This document shows, piece by piece, positions 13,288-24,819 of a stretch of DNA of 64,000 nt (positions are counted from its first letter, which is position 1; every line of letters begins with the position of its first letter). Below the pieces are notes generated by a model. It was given only the letters and a program-made list of their open reading frames with translations. It ran no database searches and was not told where the DNA came from. Source of the DNA: Heterodontus francisci (lineage: Eukaryota); contig NC_090386.1 of the NCBI RefSeq assembly GCF_036365525.1, forward strand, positions 30,002,757 to 30,066,756, in the 5' to 3' direction. The position numbers and the translations under genes are program-made.

Positions 13288-13480
13288 ATCTGTCACTATA
13301 GAATTGTACTGTGTTTGGGTCAGCGACTGGAGTGTAACACCTGAATCCAATGATCTTGTACTACTGGGAGTGTCTGTCACTATGGAATTATACTGGGTTG
13401 GGGTCACTAACCAGAGTGGAAGACCTGGCTCTAGGAGCCATGTAATACTGGGCTAAGCTGTCACTGTAGCATTGTTATGT
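13288..13480. repeat. Degenerate 84-bp tandem repeat, about 2.3 units
   Basis: tgtcact(a/g)t recurs at 13291, 13375 and 13459 with similar downstream sequence. Confidence 0.6.
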
Positions 13481-14434
13481 AAGTGTGGTTCATCAACTTG
13501 TCATCAGTATCATTGTAATGTGCTAAGCTTGTGTTTTTAAACTTTCAAATGGATGAGATAATTAATGGAATATTTCTCCAGACCAGGACTATTGTTCACA
13601 TTCCCATTTCTTTTATCTCTACTATCCGAGAGGGCCGTGGTGTAGGAAGTGTGGAAGAAAGTGCCAAATGCAGTAATTTGGAGTAGTTGTACACAAGAGA
13701 CCAATAATTTAAGTTGCCTGATGTATGTTCTGTTTCACACTTCGAAAGATCGGTATCCTCAAAACTGGGCAAATGCACTAAACCACACATACTCGTTCCC
13801 AGTTTGATCCTGATTCATTAGTCTCTCTGTGTGGCAACAAAGTCCTGTTTGCTCTAAGTTCACTTGGTTAGGCTAAGGTGAAATTGACAATTTCTACTCC
13901 CCTTTACTGTTTTAGTGATCTTGTTAGAACTGTATTTCTGAATGCTTAGTGATGTACAGCTTCGAGTCTTGAGAGATGGCGTTTGTGCAAAGCATTGGGG
14001 GAACCACCTGTTTGTCCTCTTCAAGAGGACTAATGACCTAACTAATCATAAGGAGTGAATCAGTGATGTGATCACATCTTGGAGCAAAGAATTTCCATTG
14101 ATGCTTTCTACAAGACAGCTACATGGAGAAATTTTCAATTTTTTTTTGCCAGGCGTCACTTCAAACTGATATTTGCTTTAGTACTGTGGTGTCCCAAACT
14201 AGCCTGAATATCTCGTCATGAAATATATCATTGCTGTTTGTGATACCAGTTTTACAACTTTTCCACTATTCATTTGTATGCCAAATTGAAAAAATGAAGC
14301 TTGTTAAAGTATCTAATTTCCTTTTTTTTTTGAATATAGTTTTTAAAAAGCTGAATTCTCTACCTTACCCTCTTATCCTTTTGGAACTAGATTCCTCACA
14401 TAAATTATTAAATATATGTAGTAACTTGTTTACA

Positions 14435-15862
14435 AAAGGTGTAGTGCCAGAGGGCTGATGGATAGCTAACGTAATTCCTATATTTAAGGGGCACAGAACA
14501 TTCTCTGAATTATAGACCAGTCAGCTTAACATCGGTGGTAGGAAAAACAATGGAATCCCTACTAAAGGAGAGAATAGAAGAACATTTAGAAAAGAAAAAC
14601 ATGATTAATAGTCACCATGGATTTCAAAAGGGAAAATCTTGCTCGACCAACCTTATTGAATGTTTTTAAGGAATAACAGAGTAGACAGTGGTAATGTGAT
14701 AGATGCAAGTTATCTGGATTTTCAAAAGGACTATGATAAGGTGTTCCATTGTAGATTAATGAGTAAGTTCAGAAAATGCAGAATCGGGACAAGTGGCAGA
14801 ATGGATTGCTGGCTGGCTTCAAGACAGGAAGCAGAAAATGGGAGTTAAGACAAGTTGTTCAGAGTGGCAGAACGTGGGAAGTGGTGTTCCACAAGGATCA
14901 GTGTTGGGATCACTGCTATTCACAATTTATATTAACAGTTTGGACGTTGGAATCATGAACATAATTTCTGAAGTTGCAGATGACACCAGATCTGGGTGGG
15001 GGACTGTATAGTCAATATAGTGGAGGACTGTAACAAATTAAAGGAGGACATTAATAAACTTCAAGAATGGGTATATAATTGGCAAATTAACTTCACAGAT
15101 AAATGTGAGGTATTACATTTTGGTAGGAAGAATAGGGAGGTCACTTATTACTTGGAAGATGCAAGTCTAGGTGGGTAGAGGAACAAAGGGATCACGGAAT
15201 ACAAATACACCAATCACTAAAAGTTGCACTACAGGTTAGCAAGGCCATTTAAAAAAAAAAAGCAAACCAAGCACTAGGCTTTATTTTTAGAGGGATAGAT
15301 TTGAAAAGTAATGATAAACCTGAATAGAACCTTGGGGTTAGACCACACTTGCAGTACTGTGTGCAGTTCTGGTCGCCCTATTATGAAAAGGATGTAGAGG
15401 CAGTGGAGAGGGTGCAGAGAAGATTTGTGAGGCTTATACCAGAAATGTGTGTGTATGCATATCTGGAAAAGATGAACATGCTGGGTCTTTTTTTCTTGAT
15501 AAAAGAAGGCTAAAGGATAGACTAATAGAGGTCTTTAAAATTCTGAAAGCTTCTGATAGAGTGGATACAGGGAATGTTTCCTTTTGTGGGGAAGACCATA
15601 ACTAGAGGCCATCAATATAAGTAAGTCACCAAGAAGTCCAATAGGTAACTCAAGAAGCTACTTGATCCAAGAGTGACGAGAATGTGGAACTTGCCAGTAC
15701 AGGGAGTGGTTGAAGCGAACAATATAGATGCATTTAAGGAGAAGCGAGACAAGCATGTGAGGGAGAAGGAAATAGAGGGCTACAGTGATGGATTTAAATG
15801 AGGAAAGATGGGAGGAGGCTTGAGTGGAGCAATATCACAGTTTCTATGCCATATGTTCTATA
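14435..15862 (+). mobile_element. CR1 LINE RT and 3' fragment, decayed
   Basis: YRPVSLTS, YLDFQKDYDKV, GVPQGSVLGSLLF, VADDT, KCEVLHFGRKN, and a tail at about 15845. Confidence 0.9.
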
Positions 15863-15879
15863 TAATATGTAAACCCTTT

Positions 15880-16112
15880 GTCGTTGCACCATGAAAACGC
15901 CACCCAATCACAGACCTACCTTTTTTGTTCTTACTACCCACCCACCCCCCACCTTTCACTTGCTCAAAACCTTTTCCCAGTTCTAATGAAAGGTCGTCGA
16001 CCTGAAACGTGAACTATGTTTCTCTCTCCACAGATGCTGCCAGACCTGCTGAGCATTTCCAGCATTTTCTGTTTTTATTTCAGATTTTCAGCTTCCACAA
16101 TATTTTGCTTTG
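15880..16112 (+). mobile_element. Penelope family-A 3' end with mutated hammerhead core
   Basis: cagttCTAATGAaaggtcgtcgacctGAAAcgtgaact followed by the family-A tail. Confidence 0.75.
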
Positions 16113-17029
16113 GTCTTTGAAGTATCCCTTACTTTGTTAGAGAAGTTTGCAGTGCTGGATCCATAGTGCTACAGAAGACCTTAAAATTTATTTATTTGCA
16201 GAGATCCTAAAAAGACTTGAGCTGCCCATCTACATAACATTGTGTAGCGCTCAATAATGTTTGTTTGAAATGTGCAGTTGTCTTGAAAATTTGATAAGTG
16301 GTTGGAAATGTTCAGCAAGGGATAGCCTTTTTTGGGAGCGATCATATTTCCCTCTATTATCGTACAGTTGATTATTGTATTGTGTTGCAATGTTTTGCAA
16401 GAGGTAGAAGGAGGATCTGTGGTGTTGCTGATAATGTCCCGACAGCAGTCACTGTGGCATATATATATGTGTGTATATTTGTGTTGGATAGGTTAACATT
16501 TTGGCTGTAATTCTGAGTCAAAAGTTAACTAATCTTTCTCTTTCTATGACCCAAGTACTTCCAATCTTTTCTGCATTTATTTACAGTATTTGACATTTTT
16601 TTTGTGTTTGTGTATGTATATATGTATCTACTATAGCAATACTTTAGAACTTGAATTGGTCGATCATACTTTAAGACAAAGTGATGAGTTACAGACTGAA
16701 TATTATGATACCCAAGAATTGCCAAATCTGTTTATGGGAAGGAAATTGATGTATCCTAAATATTTCTCTGCCTTAACTGGGAGCAATATTGCTTATATAA
16801 TGTAAACTGCAATAGTTTTACACCCCTCCATTCTATTACTTTACAGAGGGGCCTTTGAAGTGTTGATGATTCTTATTTTACACTGTTGCCCTCTCACAGT
16901 CCCAGTTACACAGATGTTGGGAAAATTGCTTTATGTATTTAATGGCTGTCCCTCATAACACTATACCTATTACTGTTTAGCTCACCCAGTATGTCATTTT
17001 AGAATGGCAAACAGTATTAGGCAGAGAAA

Positions 17030-18550
17030 GTACTCTGGGTGGGGGACTTCAACATCCATCACCAAGAACAGCTCAGAAGCACCACTGTTGATGGAGCTGG
17101 CCCAGTCCTGAAGGACATAGCGGCCAGACTGGGCCTGTGACAGGTGGCGAGGGAACCAACCAGAGGGGGCAAAATTTACTTGACCTCGTCCTCACCAATC
17201 TGCCTGCTGCAGCTGCATCTATCCGTGGCAGTACTGTCAGGAGTGATTACTGCACTGTCCTTCACACTGAGAACACGCTCCATCTTGTGTGGCACTACCA
17301 CCGTGCTCAATGGTATAGATTCAGAACTGTTATAGCAGCTCAAAACGGGCATCCATGAGATGAGGCACAGTGGGCCATCAGCAGCAGCATAATTGTTCTC
17401 CACAATCTGTAACCTTATGGCCTGACATGTCCCTCGCTCTATCATTACCATCAAGCCAGAGGACCAACCTTGGTTCAATAAGGAGTGTCGGAGAGCATGC
17501 CAGGCGCAGCACCAGGCAAATCTAAAAATGAGGTACCAACCTGGTAAAGCTACAACACGCAACTACATAGATGCTGAGCAACGGAGGCAGCATGCTATAG
17601 ACAGAGCTAGATAATCCCATAACCAACAGATCAGATCAAAGCGCTGAAGTCTTGCCGCATCCAGTCATGAAAAGTGGTGGACTGTTAAACAACCAGTGGG
17701 AGGAGGAGGCTTCACGAGCATCCCCATCCTCAATGATGGTGGGGTCAGCACATCTGTGCATAAGGGTGAGGCTGAGGCTTTTGCAACTATCTTGTGCCAG
17801 AAGTGCCAAGTGGTTGATCCATCTCTGCCTCCTCTTGAGGTCACCCACTATCTCAGATGCCAGTCTTCAGCCAGTTCAATTCATGCCATGTTATAGCAGG
17901 AAATGACTTGAGCAAACTGGATACAGCAAAGGGCATTGGCCTGACACCATCCGGGATAAAGCGCTGGAGACTTGTGCTCCAGAACTAGCCACACCTCTAG
18001 CCAAACTGTTCCAGTACAGCAAACAATACTGACATCTACCCGACAAATTGGGAAATTGCCCAGGTATGTCCTTTCCACAGAAAGCAGGATGAATCCAATC
18101 AGGCCAATTACCGCCCGTCAGTCGATACTCAGTCATCAGCAAAGTGATTGAAGGGGCCGTTGACATTGCTACCAAGAAGCACACCTGCTTGCTGATGCTC
18201 ATTTTGGCCTCTGCCAGAACCACTTGGCTCCAGACCTCATTACTGCTTTGGTCCAAACATGGAAAAGAAAAGCTGATATCCAGAGATGGTGAGAGTGTCT
18301 GCCCTTGCCCACCAAGGCAGCATTTGACCGAGTGCGGTATCAAGGACCCCTAGTAAAATTGAAGTCGGTGGGAATCAAAGGGGGCTGGAGGAGAATGTGA
18401 TTTCTCTCTAAAACACCAACAAGAAATGCTGGAAGTACTCAGCAGGTCTGGCAGCATCTGTGGAGAGAGAAGCAGAGTTAATGTTTCAGGTCAGTGACCT
18501 TTCATCAGAAGGGTCTCTCTCTGCTGGCTAGAATCATACCTAGCACAAAG
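17030..18550 (+). mobile_element. CR1-superfamily LINE, second family (here 'B'), APE to RT fragment, decayed
   Basis: gggggacttcaac (GDFN), LDLVLTNL, QPWFN and aattaccgcccgtcagtc; colinear with the copy at 21560-23128. Confidence 0.75.
18410..18510 (-). mobile_element. Penelope family-A insertion with intact CUGAUGA/GAAA core
   Basis: Minus strand reads TT CTGATGA AAGGTCACTGACCT GAAA CATTAACTCTG. Confidence 0.85.
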
Positions 18551-18564
18551 TCCCGTTCACACAC

Positions 18565-18664
18565 CTGATGAAGGGTCATTGACCTGAAACGTTAACTCTG
18601 CTTCTCTCTCCACAGATGCTGCCAGACCTGCTGAGTATTTCCAGCATTTCTAGTTTTTATTTCA
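18565..18664 (+). mobile_element. Penelope family-A insertion with intact hammerhead core
   Basis: CTGATGA AGGGTCATTGACCT GAAA CGTT AACTCTG followed by the family-A tail. Confidence 0.85.
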
Positions 18665-19085
18665 TCCCTGTGCTCACTGCCTTGCATTGGCTCTCAGTCA
18701 AGCAGTGTCTTTGTTTTCAAATCCCTACATGGCCTCACCCCTCCCTATCTCTGTAATCTCCTCCAGTCCCACAACCTTCTGAGCTATCTGCACCTATCTA
18801 ATTCTGGCCTCTTGAGCATCTCCAATTTTAATCGGTCTATCATTGGTGGCCATGCCTTCAGTGCCTTGGCCCTAGGCTCTGGAATTCCCTCCCTAAACCC
18901 CTCTGCCCCTCTACCTTGCTTTATAAGATCATAAGAAATAGGAGCAGGAGTAGGCCACTTTGACCAAGCTTTTGGTGATCTGACCTAATATCTCCTTTTG
19001 TGGCTTGGTGTCTTGTTTTATAATGCTCCTGTGAAGTGCCTTGGTATGTTTTATTATCTTGGGGCACTATATAAATATAAATTTT
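18665..19085 (+). mobile_element. L2 LINE 3' end
   Basis: cctgtgctcactgccttgcattggctc, ggctctggaattccctccctaaaccc and gcactatataaatataa tail. Confidence 0.7.
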
Positions 19086-19089
19086 TGTT

Positions 19090-19535
19090 TGTGGGTGGCC
19101 AGTCTTCTCAGCCCCAAGATATTGCTGCATGAGTTCCTCAACCAATGCCTTAGGCCTAACCACCTTCAGCTGCCACTTTGTTCATTTCCTACATCGCCAG
19201 CGCACTGTGGCAGCACTGTGTCCCATCTACAAACTGCATTTCAGCTACTCGTCGAGGCTCCTTTGACAGAACCTTCCAAACCTGTAACTACTACTGCCTA
19301 GAAGAACAAGGACACAAGGTGCATGGGAACAGCAAGTTTCCCTCCAAGCCTCACACCATCCTGTCTGGTCAAAATCCTGGAACTCCCTCCCTAACAGCAC
19401 TGTGGGTGTACCTATGGCACATGGACTACAGCTGTTTAAGAAAGTGGCTCACCATCACCTTGAGGGTATTTAGGGATGGCAATAAATGCTGGCTTTGCCA
19501 GCAATGCCCACATCCCATGAACAAATAGGAAAAAA
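19090..19535 (+). mobile_element. CR1-superfamily family B, internally deleted 3' fragment
   Basis: Ends tagggatggcaataaatgctggctttgccagcaatgcccacatcccatgaa, like the 3' end at 23060-23128. Confidence 0.7.
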
Positions 19536-19779
19536 CTACTGATTGAGGTAAATCTGTGTTCACTTCCTTTATTCTCCACGTCCTTAAAAATCTCAGTTGG
19601 TAATAGTGAGGGAGAACTAACTCCCTAATGTTCTTAGGAAATGTAACCAAGGCCACTCATAGTTTCCACAGAAAGAAAATAAAATTGCATCATAGAAACC
19701 TTCAAAACACCAGTAAATATCCTGTAATCCAGTGCAGTAAAAACAGAAATTGACATATTCAGTCATAAACCAAGCAAAA

Positions 19780-20230
19780 GAAGAAAATTTGCATTTATAT
19801 AGCACTTTTCCTGACCATCAGCCATCTCAAAGCATTTTACAGCAAATTAAGAACTTCTGAAGTGTAGTCACTGTTGTAATGTAAGAAATGTGGCAGCCAA
19901 TTTGCACACAGGATGCTGTCAGACACAGCAATGTGCCAGTGTCCATATCACTTTTTTGGGATGTTGATTCAGGGATAATTATTGGCCAGGACACCAGCGA
20001 TAACTCTCTTGGCTCTTGTTCAGGATAGTGCCATGGGACTCTTACGTCTGTGTGAGAGGGCAGAAGGAGATTCAGTTTAAAGTTTAATCCAAAAGATAGC
20101 ACTCCCAACAGTGCAGTGCTCTCTCAGTCCTGTACGAGAGTGTCGGCCTTTATTTTTCTTTCAAATCCCAGAGTGGCACTTGAACCCACAGCCTTCTGAC
20201 CCCGAGGCAAGGGCCATGGCTGACACGGCT
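19780..20230 (-). mobile_element. Deu-domain SINE (SacSINE1/AmnSINE-like) with L2-type tail
   Basis: ttgcatttatatagcac tail, ggccaggacacc...atagtgccatggga core, and reverse-complement B-box cttgaacccacagccttctgac. Confidence 0.7.
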
Positions 20231-21299
20231 AGTTGGCCTAATTAGCTGCCCTAATTATAGACGCACAATATCGTACAATTTGACTGGAATTCCATTTAAT
20301 AAATTATTTTCTTCAAGCATTATTGAATAGTGACCTTCATTTCAAGGATTTAAAATAAAATTCTCATGCAGAAGCATTGCAAAAATAACGTACTTAATTT
20401 TGGCATGTGATCAATCAGTTCTTTTTTACGAAAAAGAAACAAAAAAGCACGTTAAACACAAATGTCAGTTACAGGTTTTCAGGTGGGAGAAGCTCATTCA
20501 AGATGTGCACAATTTTTGACACTATTGGTTTATAGAAGTTGAGTGTCTGTGCTTGTGTTCCTGCCTTTGGCATATAAGGGAAAACATCTGTCACTTCAGG
20601 TGACTTGTGTGGTGGGAGAAACAGCAGTGGCAAATGATCAGCACCAACTGTGAAAATACTACATACATAAAGGTAGAAAGCAACCAAGATCCATTCATTT
20701 ATAAGTACTTGCGTGCTATCTTGTTTCGGCTAAAATTTTATCCAGCCCTCTGGTTTTGTGTGGAATGACAGCTGATAAGGAGCAGACAACTGTTCGGCAA
20801 CACTAAAGGCCTGTTTCTGTGCTGTGTATGCCATGTAATTCTTCCTTACTGGATTCTGAGACTGTCAGAGGAGGCTATTTATTTATGACTCTGCTGAAGG
20901 TTTCGAATGGAATTTTTATACTGTGCCTTTATGGAGGGAAGGGCTGGAAGTTCACTCCAGAACTGCAGATCTTCATTAGGTTTAGACTTTACTTTTTGAG
21001 TACGGATTTTTAAGTACGGATTTTTAAGTAATGAGCTGAAATGTCTAGAAATAAGCTTTTTCTTGAAGATTTAAGCCATTTAATTGCTTTTTAATGACAT
21101 AATTGCATCACAAATGAGGGTAGAGAGTTCATCCTTCAGCACAGATAGCCTCATCAGTAGCACTTAATGTTAGATCTCAAATGAAAGAAAGTAAATTTTC
21201 TTCAAATATTGGCAGAATGCACTGGGGAAATGGCATATGTCTGTATCGTGTTTACCCCAAATGATTCACCATTTCATTAAACTGGCTGCATGAAGGCAA

Positions 21300-21429
21300 A
21301 AGCAAAATACTGCGGATGCTGGAAATCTGAAACAAAAACAAGAAATGCTGGAATCACTCAGCAGGTCTGGCAGCATCTGTGGAAAGAGAAGCAGAGTTAA
21401 CGTTTCGGGTCAGTGACCCTTCTTCGGAG
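21300..21429 (-). mobile_element. Penelope-derived short insertion (hammerhead family A)
   Basis: Minus strand reads TCCGAAGAAGGGTCACTGACCCGAAACGTTAACTCTG; 12-bp TSD gcatgaaggcaa (21288-21299, 21430-21441). Confidence 0.88.
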
Positions 21430-21559
21430 GCATGAAGGCAATATGCTTTAAGTTGTACATTCTCAATCAAACTGAGCTAGTTGCTCAAAGCAGGTGGCTA
21501 TTAAATATAAATGGTGGATATTGAGAGCTGTTTTTAACGAAGCACGTATTTTTATGAGA

Positions 21560-23128
21560 TCAATTTATTTCACTCCATGTGATATCAAGAAACGGCTGAA
21601 GGCATTGGATACTGCAAAGGCTATTGGTCCTGATAACATTCCGGCAATGTTACTGAAGACTTGTGCACCAGAACTAGCCATGTCCCTTGCCCCGCTGTTC
21701 CAGTACAGCTACAACACTGGCATCTACCCAGCAATGTGGAAAGTTGCCCAAGTATGTCCTGCCCACAAAAAGCAGAAGTCCAACCCGGCCAGTTACTGCT
21801 CTATCGGTCTACTCTCTATCATCAGCAAAGTGATAGAAGGGGTCATCAACAGTGCTATCATGCAGCACTTATTCAGCAATAACCTGCTCACTGATGCTCA
21901 GTTTGGGTTCTGCCAGGGCCACTCAGCTCCTGACCTCATTGCAACTTTGGTCCAAACAGGGACAAAAGAGCTGAACTCCAGAGATGAGGTGAGAGTGACT
22001 GCCTTTGACATCAAGGCAGCATTTGACTGAGTATAGCATTAAGGAACCCTAGCAAAACTGTAGTCAATGGGAATCGGGGGGAAAACTCTCCACTGGTTGG
22101 AGTCATACCTAGCGCAAAGAAAGATAGTTGTGGTTGTTGGTCAGTCATCTCAAGGTAGTGTCCGAGGCCCAACCATCTTCAGTTGCTTCAATCAATGACC
22201 TTCCCTCCGTCATAAGGTCAGAAGTGGGGATGTTCGCTGATGATTGCACAATGTTTAGCACCATTTGCGATTCCTCAGATACTGAAGCAGCCTCTGTCCA
22301 ACTGCAGCAGGACTCTGACAACATCCAGGCTTGGGCTGATAAACGGCAAGTAACATTGGCGCCACACAAGTGCCAGGCAATGACTATCTCAAACAAGAGA
22401 GAATCTAACCATCTCTCATTGATGTTCAATGGCATTACCATCACTGAATTCCCCATTATCACCATTCTGGGGGTTACCATTGACCAGAAACTGAACTGGA
22501 CCAGCCGCACACATGCTGCTACAAGAGCAGGCCAAAGGCTAAGAATTCGCATTGAATAACTCCCCATCTGTCTCCCAGTGCCTGTCCACCATCGACGAGG
22601 CAGAAGTAAGGAGTATGATGGAATACTCTCCACACGTCTGGATGAGTGCAGCCCCAACAACACAAGAAGCTCAGCACCATCCAGGACAAAGCAGCCTGCT
22701 TGATTGGCACCCCATCCACCATCTTCAACATTCACTCCACCGCCTACGTACAGCGGCAGCAGTATATACCATCAACCAGATGCACTGCAGCAGCTCACCA
22801 ATGCTCTTTTGACAGCACTTTCCAAACCCACAACTTCTACCACCTAGAAGGACAAGGGCAGCAGATGCTTGGGAACACCACCACCTGCAAGTTGCCCTCC
22901 AAGTCACACACCATCCTGACTTGGAACTATATTGCCATTCCTTCACTGTTGCTGGGTCAAAATCCTGGGACTGCCTTCAGAACAGCGCTTTTGGTGTACC
23001 TACACCCCAAGGACTGCAGTGGTTCAAGAAGGCAGCTCACCACCACCACCTCAACGGCAATTAGGGATGGTCAATAAATTCTGACCAAGCCAGCGTTACC
23101 CACATCCCACGAACGAATGAAAAAAAAT
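21560..23128 (+). mobile_element. CR1-superfamily family B LINE, 5'-truncated, RT to 3' end
   Basis: KALDTAKAIGPDNIPA, QFGFCQGHS, FDIKAAFD, MFADDCT, LGVTIDQKLNW, and an A-rich 3' end. Confidence 0.88.
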
Positions 23129-24819
23129 CCAATTTCAAAATGACAGTGGTTTTGTTTATTTTTAAAAGCTTTTATATCATAGTAGTGCTATTGACTCATG
23201 ACACCCATATTACCAAATGTAATTAATTTCACGTAAAGTCGGCAGTGACCTCTATTTTGTTTTCTGGCTCTTGATGCATTCATCAGATTTAATCAGCCTT
23301 GCAAAAGTACTGTTGGCATGCTTATATCATCATGCACAGCAAGATTCAAATTTAACTACACTAACACGTGGGGCAAGTTCACTGCAGATTACCAGGTCGA
23401 CCCTTTTCCTGCATAAGTCAGTGCTCATGGACTAGCAGAAGGGAGACATGGGTTATTTCCCCTGAGACCTGTACCAGGGGCCCAAATCGAGATAAGTGTC
23501 TTAAAATTTGTTTAACCTGTTTTAATTTCTCTCTCTGACTTTGAATATGCTCAGATGCTAGTTAATACCTGTGCAGGTGCTTTTTAAGTAAATAAAGCTT
23601 TTGGTTGTGTTTAACAATTGATCATGAAGGTTATTTTACAGCCTTGCTTTACATTCCAAATTTAACCCATAGAACATTCCTTCAGGTTCTTAACAATGCA
23701 TTTAATTTCATAAATTTATTAATTTGTTATATCCCGATTATAATGAATGCCAGGTTACTGGTACTCTGATTTTTGCCATGTCTAAATTGAGTACCATGTT
23801 CAGAACACTGGGAGTGCTGAAGAAAGTGCAATTACTTAACTATTATTTCGCGCCTTTTTAAAAATGCCTGATTGGTGGACTCTGCCCACTGCCAGGAGAA
23901 GTTCTGTAAAGTCATGTGAAAATCATATTGTGTGGGTGGGTGAAAAGCTTGGTCCACTTTTGGACTGAGAAAGTGCCAGCTTGCACCACAGATATGGCCA
24001 TTTATGTCTGCCATTGGAAATCCTAGTGCTGCAATTATAACAAAGCAAGAAATTAGTAAATATGTAATTTAAAAACATATGGTGGGTGCTATATGTTTAA
24101 AGATAGATTCATTTGTGACTGTTTATCCATTTGAGCACAAATTATTGCAGTTTTCAATTCTTAATTGTACATTAGGTTCATGTCCAGAGTTTCTATATTT
24201 TACTTGCCTAGGTGTGCTATTTCATTAAAGCGCTCTACTGAGCGGGGCTTATTAGTCATTGGGCAGTGTATTTTTTTCATTGTTTTTATTGCCTAGTATA
24301 GATACAATAGAATGACCTGTTGAGTTGCTGGTTTGCACATGTCAGACAGCAATGTTTAAGCTGTTGATCTTTTGCAGTCTCCAGCCAAGCTTTAGAGTTC
24401 TGTTGGTAATCCCCTGTTAATGTTTCTAATTCAGGGAGGATCCATTTCTTTCAAATGCATATGTAAAAGAACTTCAGCACATGTTGAGAAGTATGCAAGT
24501 GGAATGCGTATTTATGTTCCCTTTTAATCACGGTAGTAAATTCTTTGATCGTAATGGCCGTTAATGGATTTATCAGGAGCTGGCTTGGTTATGGAGAAGG
24601 AGGCACAAATAATACAAATTATTCAACGCCCGTGGTACTGTGCAGAAGCGTGTGTGAAATAGTTGCGTATAGGACTGTATTTTCATTAAAGTCAGCAAGA
24701 TGGTGTTTGAATATTGTGCTTGTGCTGTGCAGGCCTTTATTTTTGAATTGGAAGGTGTTTTGTGTTCTTCTTTTGGGCCTCCTTATCTCGAGAGACAATG
24801 GATACGCGCCTGGAGGTGG

